In this document: positions 50,935 to 64,000 of the stretch, piece after piece
How positions within the stretch are numbered: position 1 is the stretch's first letter
How the letters are laid out: each line of letters starts with the position of its first letter
Assembly (NCBI RefSeq): GCF_009914755.1
Contig: NC_060932.1
DNA length: 64,000 bases
DNA from: the human T2T-CHM13v2.0 reference genome, Homo sapiens
Direction: 5' to 3' (one strand)
Made by a program: the position numbers and the translations under genes
Notes under the pieces: generated by a model
Databases searched by the model: none
What the model was told of the DNA's origin: nothing
The model's input: only the letters and a program-made list of their open reading frames with translations

Positions 50935-50996
50935 ATGCAGAGTCCAGAAGGCTCAGAGACAGAGAGAGAGAGAGGAAGGCACAGCCACACACACAC
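50828..50996. repeat. (CA)n/(GA)n compound microsatellite
   Basis: Seen directly. Confidence 0.9.
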
Positions 50997-51318
50997 TGGG
51001 AGACACTTATTATGGCTCCCCCTGCAAACGGTGCTCCCCTCAAAGCTTTAGGACCAGGGACGCCTTCCCTCACTTTCTGTGTTCTGTACCTCATACCCCA
51101 TTTACCAGCCTGTGCCAACCCTGTATACTTTAAGTCTTCAGTTACCAAAGCATCCATCTGCCCGTCCTATATTGAGGGGGAGTGGATGCGCAGAGGTGGT
51201 CTGTTGGTGTTGGGTAGGGAATAGACGCAGCCTGTTTTTCGTTTTTCTTCCAAATGTCTTCGGCAGGGCCTCAGCTAGTGGAAATACCTGGTGGGGAGGG
51301 TCAAGAAGGAAATGACAG

Positions 51319-51534
51319 TGGGGGGAATGGGGAGGGATAGCATTAGGAGATATACCTAATGTTAAATGACGAGTTAATGGGTGTAGCACACAAGCATGGC
51401 ACATGTATACATATGTAACAAACCTGCACGTTGTGCACATGTACCCTAAAACTTAAAGTATAATAAAAAAAAATAAAATTAAAAAAATAAAATAAAAAAA
51501 GAATTCCTATTTTAACTTTGGAAAAAAAGAAAAA
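51319..51534 (+). mobile_element. Very short 5'-truncated young L1PA insertion
   Basis: L1PA 3' UTR end, A tail, 16-bp TSD aagaaggaaatgacag at 51303 and 51535. Confidence 0.94.
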
Positions 51535-51844
51535 AAGAAGGAAATGACAGATTTGGTCCTGACAGCCTGGGAGGCAGAGAGGAGAGAGATGGAGCCAAGA
51601 GAATGGGGCTGGGGCCACGTTTTCTTGTGGGGCAATTCCGTGTCACTGGGCCAGAGCATGCTTATTGTGAAGACTTCCCCTCAGTGTCCTCTGGGGAAGG
51701 GTCAGCTGTGAGGCAGTGGGGCGTGAGAATACGATGAAACAGGGAAACCTGGAAGCTGCCGATTCCCAGGCCTTGAAGGGGTGTTCTGATGTCTTTGACA
51801 TTCCAGCAAACATATTTTCACAGGAAAACTCAAAAAATATAAAC

Positions 51845-52505
51845 TCCCTTTTTATAGAAATAATGTGCATGGAGAAAAGTGCACATGTCATATGTGTATC
51901 GATAGCTTGACGAATGTTCTCAAACTGAACCTGAGTGTGGAGCCAGCACCTGGATCAATAGAACATTTCCAGCATTTTGGAAGCCCCCTCCCAGTCAGTC
52001 ACTCAGGAGAACTTTGTCCTGACTTCTAACCACACAGATTAGTTTAACCTGTTTATGTACTTAATCTAAATAACATCATCACACACTCCCCTGTGTCTTG
52101 CTTCTTTCACTCAAAATTATGTTTGTGGGATATATTCATGTGGTACGTGCATTTTCAGATCATTCTCACTGGTCGCTAGATTGTGTGCATATTTTAAAAA
52201 ATCCATTCTACTGTTGATGGGCATTTGAGTAGTTTCCAGTGTTTGGCTGTTATGAATAGAGCTGCTGTGATATCCTTAGACTTGTCTTCTGGTGAACATA
52301 TGCACACATATCTGTGCATTGATACCACGGAGTGGAGCTGCAGGGTCATAGGGTTTGGGTATATTCAGCATTAGTAAATAGTGCAGAACAGTTTCCCAAA
52401 GTGGTTGTTTATCCTTTTTCAGAGTGTCTGTTCACCAGCACGTATGAATTCCAGTTCCACATCAAAGCCAATTATTGGCATTGTGTGGTTTTTAAATTTT
52501 AGCCA
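51845..52505 (-). mobile_element. Old L1M 3' remnant
   Basis: atccattctactgttgatgggcatttgagtagtttccag...atgaatagagctgctgtga. Confidence 0.75.
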
Positions 52506-53174
52506 ACCCATTACAGAAAGAGCAAATGAAAGGAATCTAACAGCAAGTAATCAGGAGAGAAAAGAAAATGCTCCCTGAGAAAGCATTATGATTTCATGAT
52601 ACGGGAAATCCCGGTGTACAATGCCACACATTGTGTACTTTTGCAGGCGGAGGGCGAGGTGCAGCCACCTTCTTGTGAGCATCAGGGCAGTCCTTGCCAT
52701 TGGTCAGGGACCACCACTTGACTGCAGTAATACCCAACAGACCATGTCATAATTCTTCCTCAGGTGACAGAGCTTTAATGGATCCGACCCCAACAGAACA
52801 AACTTGGCTTCAGACTTGCCTGTGGGCCTCAGTAAATATTCAACAGACTGTGTCCCCTGTTCACTCCCCTGTCATTAGCTGAGGCTGGTACCATAAATCA
52901 CAGCTCCCCTTCCTGTTGTAAGTGGCCCCTCTCAGCTGACGGTACTCCAGTCCTGACATTCAGGAGCAGTGCCTCTCCTGGGCTGCTTCCCAGGGCTGGC
53001 AGGTCTTGGTGGTCACTTGTAGGAGCCGAGGAGTGAGTGTGTGCAGTCCTGGAGTCACTGCTGTGGGGTGACTTGCAGGAGCCTCTTCCATTTGATGTGA
53101 GAATGATAGATCCGTCAAGCTCTTAATATGTGCCCAGCAACATGCTAAGTCCTTTATGTTGTTTATTGCAACCT

Positions 53175-53538
53175 GTCACAGTCCATTCAGGCTGGTATAA
53201 CAAACCACCTTAGACTGGTAGCTTGTAAACAACAGAACTTTATTTGTCATGGTTCTGGAGGTGGGGAAGTCCAAGATTAAGGCTCAGACATATTTGGTGT
53301 CTGGTGAGGGCCTGTTTCCTGGTTTAGCAATGATGCCTTCTTGTTGGGTCTTTATATGGTGAAAGGATCAAATAAGGTATTTTATACCTCTTTTATAAGG
53401 GCACTAAGCCCTCCAGCCTCATGACCGAATCACTTTTCAAAGGCCTCCCCTTTTGAGATCATCACCTTGGCAGTTAAGAGTTCAACGTATGAATTTAGGG
53501 GTCGGGGGTGTAGGTAACAAACATTCAAAACATCATAC
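53175..53538 (-). mobile_element. MLT1A-like LTR
   Basis: aacaacagaactttatt...ggttctggagg...gaagtccaagat...tctggtgagggcc. Confidence 0.8.
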
Positions 53539-53779
53539 AACCTCACAGTAGTTCTATGAAATGAGTAGATGTTGTTTACCACCATTTTCAGATGAGGAAA
53601 TTAAGGGTTAAAAACATTTCCCCAGAGTAAGAAACGTAGTAAATTTGGGAGTCTAACTTCAAACTGTAATTTTTAATTACTGTACTTCCTTCTTCTTTTC
53701 TCTTAGGGGCTGTTTAGATACTTGAGCTTCCTTTTGAAGCCATCTTCCTCTTGGGTCTAAAAGCTGTCAGGTAGATTTA

Positions 53780-54013
<234 letters not shown>

Positions 54014-54084
54014 TCAGATGTAATTATCTGCTTTTTCAATGATTTTAAGAAATTAGAACTACTGTTTTTCTCTGGCTCTTTTCA

Positions 54085-54850
54085 TGACTTTTTTCAAATG
54101 TTGGTTTTCAGCAGTTCAACTATTATATACTTAGGTGTGATTTAAAAAAATATATATCCTGCATGGGATTTGCTGATATTCTTATATCTATAAATTAATG
54201 TCTTTCACTGAATTTAGAACACTTTCATCCCTTCCCACCCCCGATATTGATCTTGCTCCATTCTCTTCTCTCCTTTTGGGACTAAAATTACATGTCTGTT
54301 AGGCTTTTTGATATTGTCCTACAGGTCTCTGAGGCTCTCTTCAATTTTTCAAATTTTTTTCTGTTATTCAGATTAAATAATTTCTATTGGCCTCTCCTCA
54401 AATTGTACTGACTCTTGGTTCCTCTTCAGTCTGCCGTTAAATGGATCCAATTGATTGTATCAGATTTTTTTTTTAATTGTAGAATTTCCATTTGGCTCTT
54501 TCTTTGCTAAGCTTTCTTATCTTTTTATTTACTAAGAATACATTTTCCTTTGAGTCTTTGAGCATAGTTATAATAGCTGCTTAAAAAACCCTTGTCTGCT
54601 AATTCCAGAAACTGGGTCATCTCAGGATCATGGGGACGGTCCCCATAACTATCTTTTTTCTTAAGAATGGATTACATTTCCTGTTTTTGTTTTCTTTTTA
54701 GTTGTTTGTTATATTGAGCTATTATAAATTATATCACAGACATTGTGAGTGATACTTGGTAAGGACTGATTCTGTTTTGTTCCTCCAAAGAGTAGTGCTT
54801 TTTTGTTTCAGTAGGTAGTTAATTCAGTAATCTAAGACTTCAAATTCTGA
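54085..54850 (-). mobile_element. Old L1M remnant
   Basis: T-rich; tattgtcctacaggtctctgaggctct, tagaatttccatttggctcttt. Confidence 0.6.
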
Positions 54851-55306
54851 CTCCCTAGTATTGGGCAGCAATATAAATTGCTGTTTAGTTCTTTTGGCTT
54901 TAACTGGGCTACTCCATACAAACTTGGCTCAGGAGTCACTTAGTGACTTAGGGAACATTTGTACACAGAATTTGAACTCCCCTTTTTGGAAACTCTCTTT
55001 TTACCAGGATTTCTTCTTTCACTTTCACCTATTGTGTTGCCTTGATCTCTGTCCTGATGTTTCAGTGCAGCAACACCATCTGAGTGTTAGCCACTCACAT
55101 GTTGCAGAACCGGGCCTACTCTCAGACTAAAATTGACCAAAAGCAGGAACTCACTGGCTTGCTGAATGTCCAGGTCTTGATCACACTCCAGAATGTCCTA
55201 CTTTTGGTCATCAGGTGCCTAGATTTTTTAGAAATCTTTGTTCTAATTTTTAGAAATATTTGTTCAGAGTTTATAGTTGCTATCTACCAGGGAACTGCTT
55301 CAATAG

Positions 55307-55670
<364 letters not shown>

Positions 55671-55774
55671 TAGAAACACTGTCTTATTTAAATAAGAAAG
55701 AGTGTCTCTCAGAATGGAAAGAAAACAGCTTTGGAGTCAAACCCAACTTGGATGCAGAATCTCACTCTATCTTG

Positions 55775-56085
<311 letters not shown>

Positions 56086-56277
56086 GATATGTTTTTTAAG
56101 AAGAAAACGTACCTTACTGTTTCCTTCGTGATTTCTTCACTAGCCGCTGCAAGTGTGTGTGGCTCTGTGCATTGTGGGCAGGGTGAGGTAGCTAGCTTGA
56201 TTTCCATTTTGGGAATGAGTGGTGCCTCCTCATGGAAGACTTCTTAAAACAGGAGATGGGTGCCCTCTGTTATTCTT

Positions 56278-56780
56278 GTATGGCAGGCAGAATAACGTCC
56301 CCCTAAATGTCCACATCCGAATCCCTAGAACCTGCGAATATGTTGCATGTCAAAAGGGACTTTGCAGATGCTAGTAAGGCTAAGGACCCTGAGGTGGACG
56401 GATGATTTTGGATCATCTGGGTGAGCCCAATATAATCACATGCGTCCTTAGGAGTGGAAGAGGGAGGCAGAGAGTTATTCAGAGACAGAGATATGGCCAC
56501 AGAAGCAGAGTCAGAGATGCCTTGGTGTTGTATTTGAAGATGGAGGAAGAAGCCACAGCCAAGGCCTATGAAGCAGCCTTTAGAAGCTTGGAAAAGCAAG
56601 GAAACACATTCCCTCTCAGCCACCAGAAAGAAATGCAGCCCTCCCAACAGCCTGATTTTAGCTCAGTGAGACCCATGTCAGACTTCCAGAAATGTAAGAT
56701 CATAAGTGTGTGCTGTTTTATTTTTTATTTCTTTTTCTGTTTTAAACCACTACGTTTGTAAACATTTCTTTGGCAGTAAT
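56278..56780 (+). mobile_element. MLT1D-like LTR
   Basis: ggcaggcagaataacg...aaagggactttgcagatg...ttccagaaatgtaagat. Confidence 0.85.
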
Positions 56781-56870
56781 CGTTGCTTTTGATGGAAGTT
56801 GGAGCAGTGGTCAAGCTCGTGGGCTTTGGAGCCAGTCTGCCAGTCCGCCTTGTTTCAAACCCCTTTTCCT

Positions 56871-56977
56871 TTCTCTCTTTCTTCCTTCCTTCCTTCCTTC
56901 CTTCCTTCCTTCCTTCCTTCCTTCCTTCCTTCCTTCCTTCCCTCCTTCCTTCCCTCTCTCTCTTTCTTTCTTTCTTC
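56871..56977. repeat. (CTTC)n/CT-rich repeat derived from an Alu tail
   Basis: Pure pyrimidine tract inside the Alu TSD. Confidence 0.93.
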
Positions 56978-57286
<309 letters not shown>

Positions 57287-57309
57287 TGATTTTTTTTTTT
57301 TTTTTTTAA

Positions 57310-57450
57310 AGCTGTGTGACCTTGTGGAAGTTGCTTCACTTCTCTGGGCCTCAAATTTCTCATCTCTAAAGTCGGTTAACAATAATCTACAACTCATAGT
57401 TTTTTGTGAGGATGAAATGAGGGTTTCATACATGCAGAAAGCCTGGAAGT
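57310..57450 (+). mobile_element. MIR
   Basis: gctgtgtgaccttg...cacttctctgggcctcaaatttctcatct. Confidence 0.7.
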
Positions 57451-58429
57451 AAGTTTTAGCTGTGGCCATTCTGGGCAGGAATCCCTCACTAGGTAACTTA
57501 GAGCGGCGGATCAGGGCACAGACTTGGGAGACAGACTGTCTAGCTTCAGATTTAGGCTTCTTACTAGTCTGAAGTAGAATGGTTGTCTGTTCCTCCACTG
57601 CTTCATCTGGAAAACAGGGGCAGGCATCCCAGGGTGTTTGAGAGATCATATCAGATGGAGAGGCCAGAGTTTTTAGCCGATACATCATAGACATTCCCCA
57701 AAGGACAGTTATTGTTATCATTGGGTGGATGGGGAATATTGAGCCTCCAGCCCTAGGCATTGTGGATCAATTTGTTCTTCAGTTATCTTTGGAATAATTT
57801 AAATACACTGGATTGGGAAGACAAAGCTATCACCCTCCTGATGGGAGAGTGCTGGGTACCTAGCAGGTGCTCAGTAGTTAGTGAATGAATGAGTAAGAAC
57901 AGAACAGGTCCTAGGCCCTGCCCTGAAGAGGCTCACAGTGCAGGACAAGGCCTGGAGTCAGGCCAGGGTTTTGTGGTTGTCTTTAAAAAGAAACAAAACA
58001 AAGAACTACTTCCTACCAGCTGACCCTAAACCCCTCAGCTCCCTGCAGGGACCTCTCAGCCCTGCAGGGGAGCCCAGGCTATGTGCCAGGCCTGGCCTTG
58101 CTGTCAGCTTTCTAAGCCAGTCACAAACATTCTCCTCTCAACTTTATAATGGATGCCCCCCAGCCTCCTCTCCCCTCTCAGGGTGCTCCTGAGGCTATGA
58201 GCAGCTGGCAGTTCCCTGTCTGAGAGGTCCTTCGTACCGCAGGAGAGGCAGCTCTCACCTGAAGGCCTCCCTGGACACCGGTCTCAACTTTGTGTGTTAC
58301 CAGTTATGGAGAATTATTTTTAGTGAGTTACACTCTGTTAGGGCCAAACACAAGGAGGAAAGAGTGACTGAATACTGCTCTGAGTCAGTGACTGTGACAA
58401 GACTGTTTTTTTCTTCTTCCCTGTTGCAG

Positions 58430-58839
58430 GCCTGATCTTTTGGCCAGAAGGAGATTAAAAAGATGCCCCTCAAGATGGCTGTGCCTGTCAGCTGCATGGA
58501 GCTTCGTTCAAGTATTTTCTGAGCCTGATGGATTTACAGTGATCTTCAGTGGTCTGGGGAATAACGCTGGTGGAACCATGCACTGGAATGACACACGCCC
58601 GGCACATTTCAGGATACTAAAAGTGGTTTTAAGGGAGGCTGTGGCTGAATGCCTCATGGATTCTTACAGCTTGGATGTCCATGGGGGACGAAGGACTGCA
58701 GCTGGCTGAGAGGGTTGAGATCTCTGTTTACTTAGATCTCTGCCAACTTCCTTTGGGTCTCCCTATGGAATGTAAGACCCCGACTCTTCCTGGTGAAGCA
58801 TCTGATGCACGTTCCATCCGGCGCTCAGCTGGGCTTGAG
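58430..58839 (+). ncRNA. PVT1: PVT1 410-nt exon; back-spliced to form circPVT1
   Basis: Acceptor tttttttcttcttccctgttgcag|GCCTGATC, donor CTTGAG|gtgagg, exactly 410 nt, sequence recognised. Confidence 0.93.
58430..58839 (+). CDS. Back-splice-junction ORF of circPVT1, 104 aa (58805-58839 joined to 58430-58709)
   Basis: Manual translation across the junction: ATG 58805, AG|G codon at the junction, read-through into the 58440..58709 frame, TGA ending 58709. Confidence 0.55.
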
Positions 58840-60977
58840 GTGAGGCTGTCCTGGCTGGTCACGGAGGGTTCACTGGGATGTGGCTGGTGTTCTCAACGAG
58901 GTGGCATTTAATGAGCACCCTCTGTGTGGTTGGCGTGATGCTGGGTGCCTGGGGGAGACAGATGGAACTAAAGAGGTCCTTCCTGGAAGCCGTTACTGTT
59001 CCCTGCCCTGACGTGTGTTATTGTACCTGTCACCATTTTCTGATGTTCCCAGTTTACGTATCTGTCACCATCTACCTCCCTATAAAGTGCCTCTGCTGTT
59101 GGTTCTGTGTCCTTAAGACATTGTGTGGCATTTGGCACAGTCTCTCATGCTGCAGAAAGGGTAAATTAAGACAGGATTGTTAATGAATGAAGACATGGGA
59201 GATTCAATGGAAAGATATGCATGGGGGGATAATTTCTTGGCTCTGTGCTCAGAGCTAGGAACAACATAAGGCCATATGGCTGGTGCTGTGAGGGTTGTAT
59301 GTGGGCAGATGCATGTGGAGGCAGACAGGCCTGGGTATGACTCTTTAACACATACACACTGCATGCCTCCAGGCAGACTGATGGATTCCTTTCCCTGCAG
59401 TGAAGGGTTAAGTATTATCACACGTCACAGGACTGGAATTGAAGATCGCCAAGTAGACATTGAAATGCTGACCACATGACAGACACTCAGCATGTGGTGG
59501 GTGATGTTGGCTGGGGGTAGCTTTTGGGGATGGTGGACATTTCTTGGCCCTGATCTTTCTGAGCAGAGCCAGGGAGGCAGTGCTGGACTCTGACCTGGGC
59601 ACAGCTGGTTGGCGTGGACAGTTGATTAAAGGTCACAGTTTCCCTGCAGCCCATGGGAAGGCAGAGTGACAAGTCAGTGGCAGATGAGGAAATGGAGTCT
59701 CATGCCAGCTGGAGGGAGGGAGCAGCTGGGTTGGCCACAAAGGCCTGTTGCAGTTCTGCAGCTGACAAGTGGAAGGACTGGCCTCTCAGGTCCAGGCCTG
59801 GTGGCCTGGGAGGCTGCTAGCTCTGAGCGATGAGTGGTGCCAAGGTGCCTGAAGGAGAGTTGCAGCTCAAACAGCAAGTGGTCCAGCTCTCAGACCACTT
59901 GAGGCCACCTGGCATGTGGCGGCCAAGACCACAGTTGGGGCGGGGCCTTGAGTCTGATTTTGATTGGATTCCTAGTTCGGCTCATGCCTGACAGCACTTT
60001 CTCAGACAGGCTTCCCTGACCTCCTAAGGTAAATAATGTCCCTCTGGGTGTTACATGCTGTTCTCACCCATAGCTCTTAGATGTGTTCTAATTGTATATT
60101 CATATGTGCAATTTACTGGGTTTCCTGTCTTTCTCTCACACTAGAAAGTAATCTTTCTGAGTTGAGGAAATGCATTTGCCTTGCACACAGGCTAGACACA
60201 TACATAGTAGGCATTTTATTTGTTGCATCACAGTTGCCTTGATCAAATATGGTGACTCTCCGTGGTTTTCTCTTGGTTTCTTTGAAAAGGTCAGACAGAA
60301 GGGAAACACTCTTTTCTTGAGTATATATATGACTTAGCCCAGCAATCCCACTAGGAGAGCAATGGTTTATCCATTATACAGTTGAGCGCCTGGAGGCTCT
60401 GAGGGGCCATGTACCTTCCCCAAGGTTATTTATCCAGGAGAAGACAGAGCCAGAAGCTGAGAACTGCCTCGTGTTTTATACCAAACAAGGCCCCTTCAGC
60501 TGAAGACTTTTCCTTGCGGTCTTGGGAAGGGTGTGTGTGACGGTGAGCTGCAGCAGGTGCTGGGCTGTGCTTGACTGTGGTCACGTAGGGGCAGGCAGAG
60601 GAGCCATTTCGGGGGGCTGCTGAGGGTCTGGAGAGAGGCTCACAGTGGTGAGCAAAGAGGTTCTGGGATGGGAGGGGATCAGTTGGGAAAGACAGAGGCA
60701 GATACTCCCCACTCCTTTGTGCCTTCCCAGTCCTCTCTCACCCCTTCCTGCCCTCTCCCCACACCCTATCGTGGTGGCAGCTGTGCCTCACTTATCACAT
60801 GGTCCATAGCTCTGTTTTTTCCCCTTTTATCAGTTACTGCCTAGAACAACCCAATTGTGGTGGTCTGGGTTATCTCCCACTCTTCACAGTAGGGCCAGAG
60901 TGGGCTCAGACACCAAAGGACACAGAATGGTTATGGCAATGAATAAGATTCCTTCTCTGTGTCAGCAAGGATGCTGA

Positions 60978-61386
<409 letters not shown>

Positions 61387-63028
61387 CTGTTTTACTGTTG
61401 AAGTAACTGGAGCACCCAGAGGGAAATCAAGTGTCCCTAGAGAATACAAGCAGCATTTGGACAGCCCTGTCTGACTCCAAAGCCACTGCACAACATTGCC
61501 TGGAGCTGAGAGATGCACATTCTCCCTTCTTGGCCACTGGTGACTGTGACCTTGGGCAAACTACCTCTGCTTTTTGGGCCTTAGTACATTCATTCATAGA
61601 GAAGCTGGCTAATTTCTCTTCTCAGCCTGGAGACTTGAGAGTGAAAGGGGCACTGTATCACTTACTCTGGGATGACAGGTGTATACGAGGATGTAGCTGG
61701 GCAAGCCAGGCCTAGTGGCTCGCACACTCATCAGTTAGATGGTGGGTGCTGGTGCTGCTGGTGCATCATGCATACAAGGCTGGCTCTCCCAGTTTTCCCT
61801 GGACTTTTGCCTGAACAGTTTGCATTTCTACTCGTGGTGCAGGAGCTTGCTGTTCTGATTTCATGTCACAAGCCTGCTTTCAGCCACTTAGAAGAGCCCT
61901 GTTATCCCTGACTGCCGCTACAGCAGTCCCAACCTGTGTTGTTTTCACTTGATGGGCTCCTGGAATTATTGACAGCACACTCTCTAGTCGTACGGGCTGC
62001 CCTGCCACCTACACTGACATCCTGGCCAGGTTCCTGGAGATGGCCTGGCATCTTGGACCTGTTCCCCACGGGGTGCCTGGAGCCTCTGATGGTCTACCCA
62101 GGGTGGCAATGAGGGAAAGGCTGTGACTTGATCATCTCCAGGGGTTCTTCGGTGAACAGCCCAAGGTTGCTTAACAGCTGGTGTGTATGAATACCTGGAA
62201 TGTGCCAGTTCACCTTCTAATCTGGCAAGGAGAATGTGTCTCCTCCTTATGCATATGAACAAACTGAGGTTCAGTGAGATCCAGAAAGCTGCCACGGTTA
62301 CTGATGGAGAGAGCAGAGAAGCTGGTGTTTGCAGTCCCATCTGTCAGCCTTGACACCCCTACTCCTGTCCAGCCAGTGTTTCTCAAAGCGTGCTGATGAG
62401 CAATGCAAGATGATTTCATGTTATAGATAAGAATAAAAAAATTGTTTTGTGTTTAACTCAAATTAGAAAAAGGCAACAATTGGTATGTGCGACCTGTGGT
62501 TTTGCAGATGATACTGCTTAGGATGTTGGTACTTAAGAAAAGGTCAACTTTTCAAAAATACTATTAGTGACATGTGGACCTAGTCCTCCTGAAGAGGACT
62601 ACATTGGGGCACCGGTAATTGTTTCTATTTGCGGTACTCTGGCTGTGTGGCTCTGGCCACGCCACTGGAGGCAGTGTCTGAGCCTGTGACTTGAGTAGTA
62701 GCTCTGTGTCATGTCTGCTGATTCTCCCCAAATCCTGAAGATTCATGATGAAGTGACTGGCCGGCTTGGTCTGAAGCTAGATTGAAAACAATAAGGATCC
62801 CAGAACGATAGCACTTTACAATCCTATAATTTGGCTCAAATTGCCTGCAGTTACTATCTCAGCCCTGCCTGTTATGTTCATTGAGCACCCAAAGTTTTTC
62901 AGTCAATTCCTGAGTTAATTATTCTCTGGGATTGAATTATGAAATAGTAAATATTTCCACTATGCAATCAATTGGTGACTTATTCATGTATTCATTTCAT
63001 TCATTTAGTCTCAATAAATTGAAGATAA

Positions 63029-63361
<333 letters not shown>

Positions 63362-63612
63362 TTATTATGAGAATTAAATAAGAGAACATATTAAAAGGTT
63401 TCATTCAGTGCCAGGCATATAATATGTACTCAGGGAATACTAGTTTTTTTTAAATAAAATTTTAAAATGGGATTAGAAGGTCAAAGCATATAGGCATAAA
63501 GGTATAAAAAATATTGAAGATGAGTGAGTTACTAAAATTTAACATTACGTTTAGCTCTGAGCTTCCTAATTAGCACAACATGCTAAGTAGGTTATATTTG
63601 TATCTAAAGTAA

Positions 63613-63815
63613 AGATTGGCAAACTTTTTATATCAAGGGTTAGGTGACAAATGTTTTCAGCTTTGCAGGCCACACAGCTCTGTACTGCTTGTCAGTTCTG
63701 CCTTTGTATCTGGAAAGTAGCCATAGATAATATGTAAATGAGTGGGTGTGGCTGTGTGCCAATAAAACTTTATTTACAAGAACTGGCAATAGGCCTTTAG
63801 GCTGTAGTTTGTCCT
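63613..63815. mobile_element. MER58A-like DNA transposon
   Basis: ttggcaaactttt...ctttgcaggccac...ccaataaaactttatttaca...gtagtttg. Confidence 0.8.
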
Positions 63816-64000
63816 TGGCCTAAATAAAGGAAACATGTTTGTCTTTCAAAGGCAGAAACTCCTCCTGGATCATAAACATTGAAAAAAAAATTGTTACAAG
63901 ATGCAATATTTCTGTGAGACTTGTTAAGCAGTATATGCGCAGTGCTTTCATTAGGATTTTACAGAAAACTTAGAAGATGGCCTTCACATGGCTAGTTTCC

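Noticed and set aside
58430-58839. circPVT1 as a multi-site miRNA sponge
   Set aside because: By eye only single seed matches (miR-24 CTGAGCC 58519, miR-145/miR-199a CACTGGAA 58581, miR-30 TGTTTAC 58725) and no repeated sites; compatible with chance

Overview
Human (primate) genomic DNA with no conventional protein-coding gene. The window lies inside the lncRNA gene PVT1 (8q24, downstream of MYC), + strand. I recognise the 410-nt exon at 58430-58839 (canonical AG/GT ends; the exon that forms circPVT1) and a probable 165-nt exon at 22917-23081. The rest is intron, with about 48 Alu elements or fragments, L1/L2/MIR remnants, MLT1 LTRs, MER DNA transposons and microsatellites. Three signals stand out. 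(1) A 104-codon ORF gains its ATG only when the 410-nt exon is back-spliced, and is closed by an in-frame TAA when spliced linearly from the 165-nt exon. (2) Flanking inverted Alus could choose between alternative circles. (3) A 51-bp VNTR carries 12 CACGTG E-boxes at exact 51-bp spacing, just upstream of an AP-1-dense enhancer-like segment. Nearly all supplied ORFs are Alu/L1/repeat artefacts. Repeat boundaries and subfamilies were read by eye and are approximate; gene identity and literature links come from memory, not from a search.
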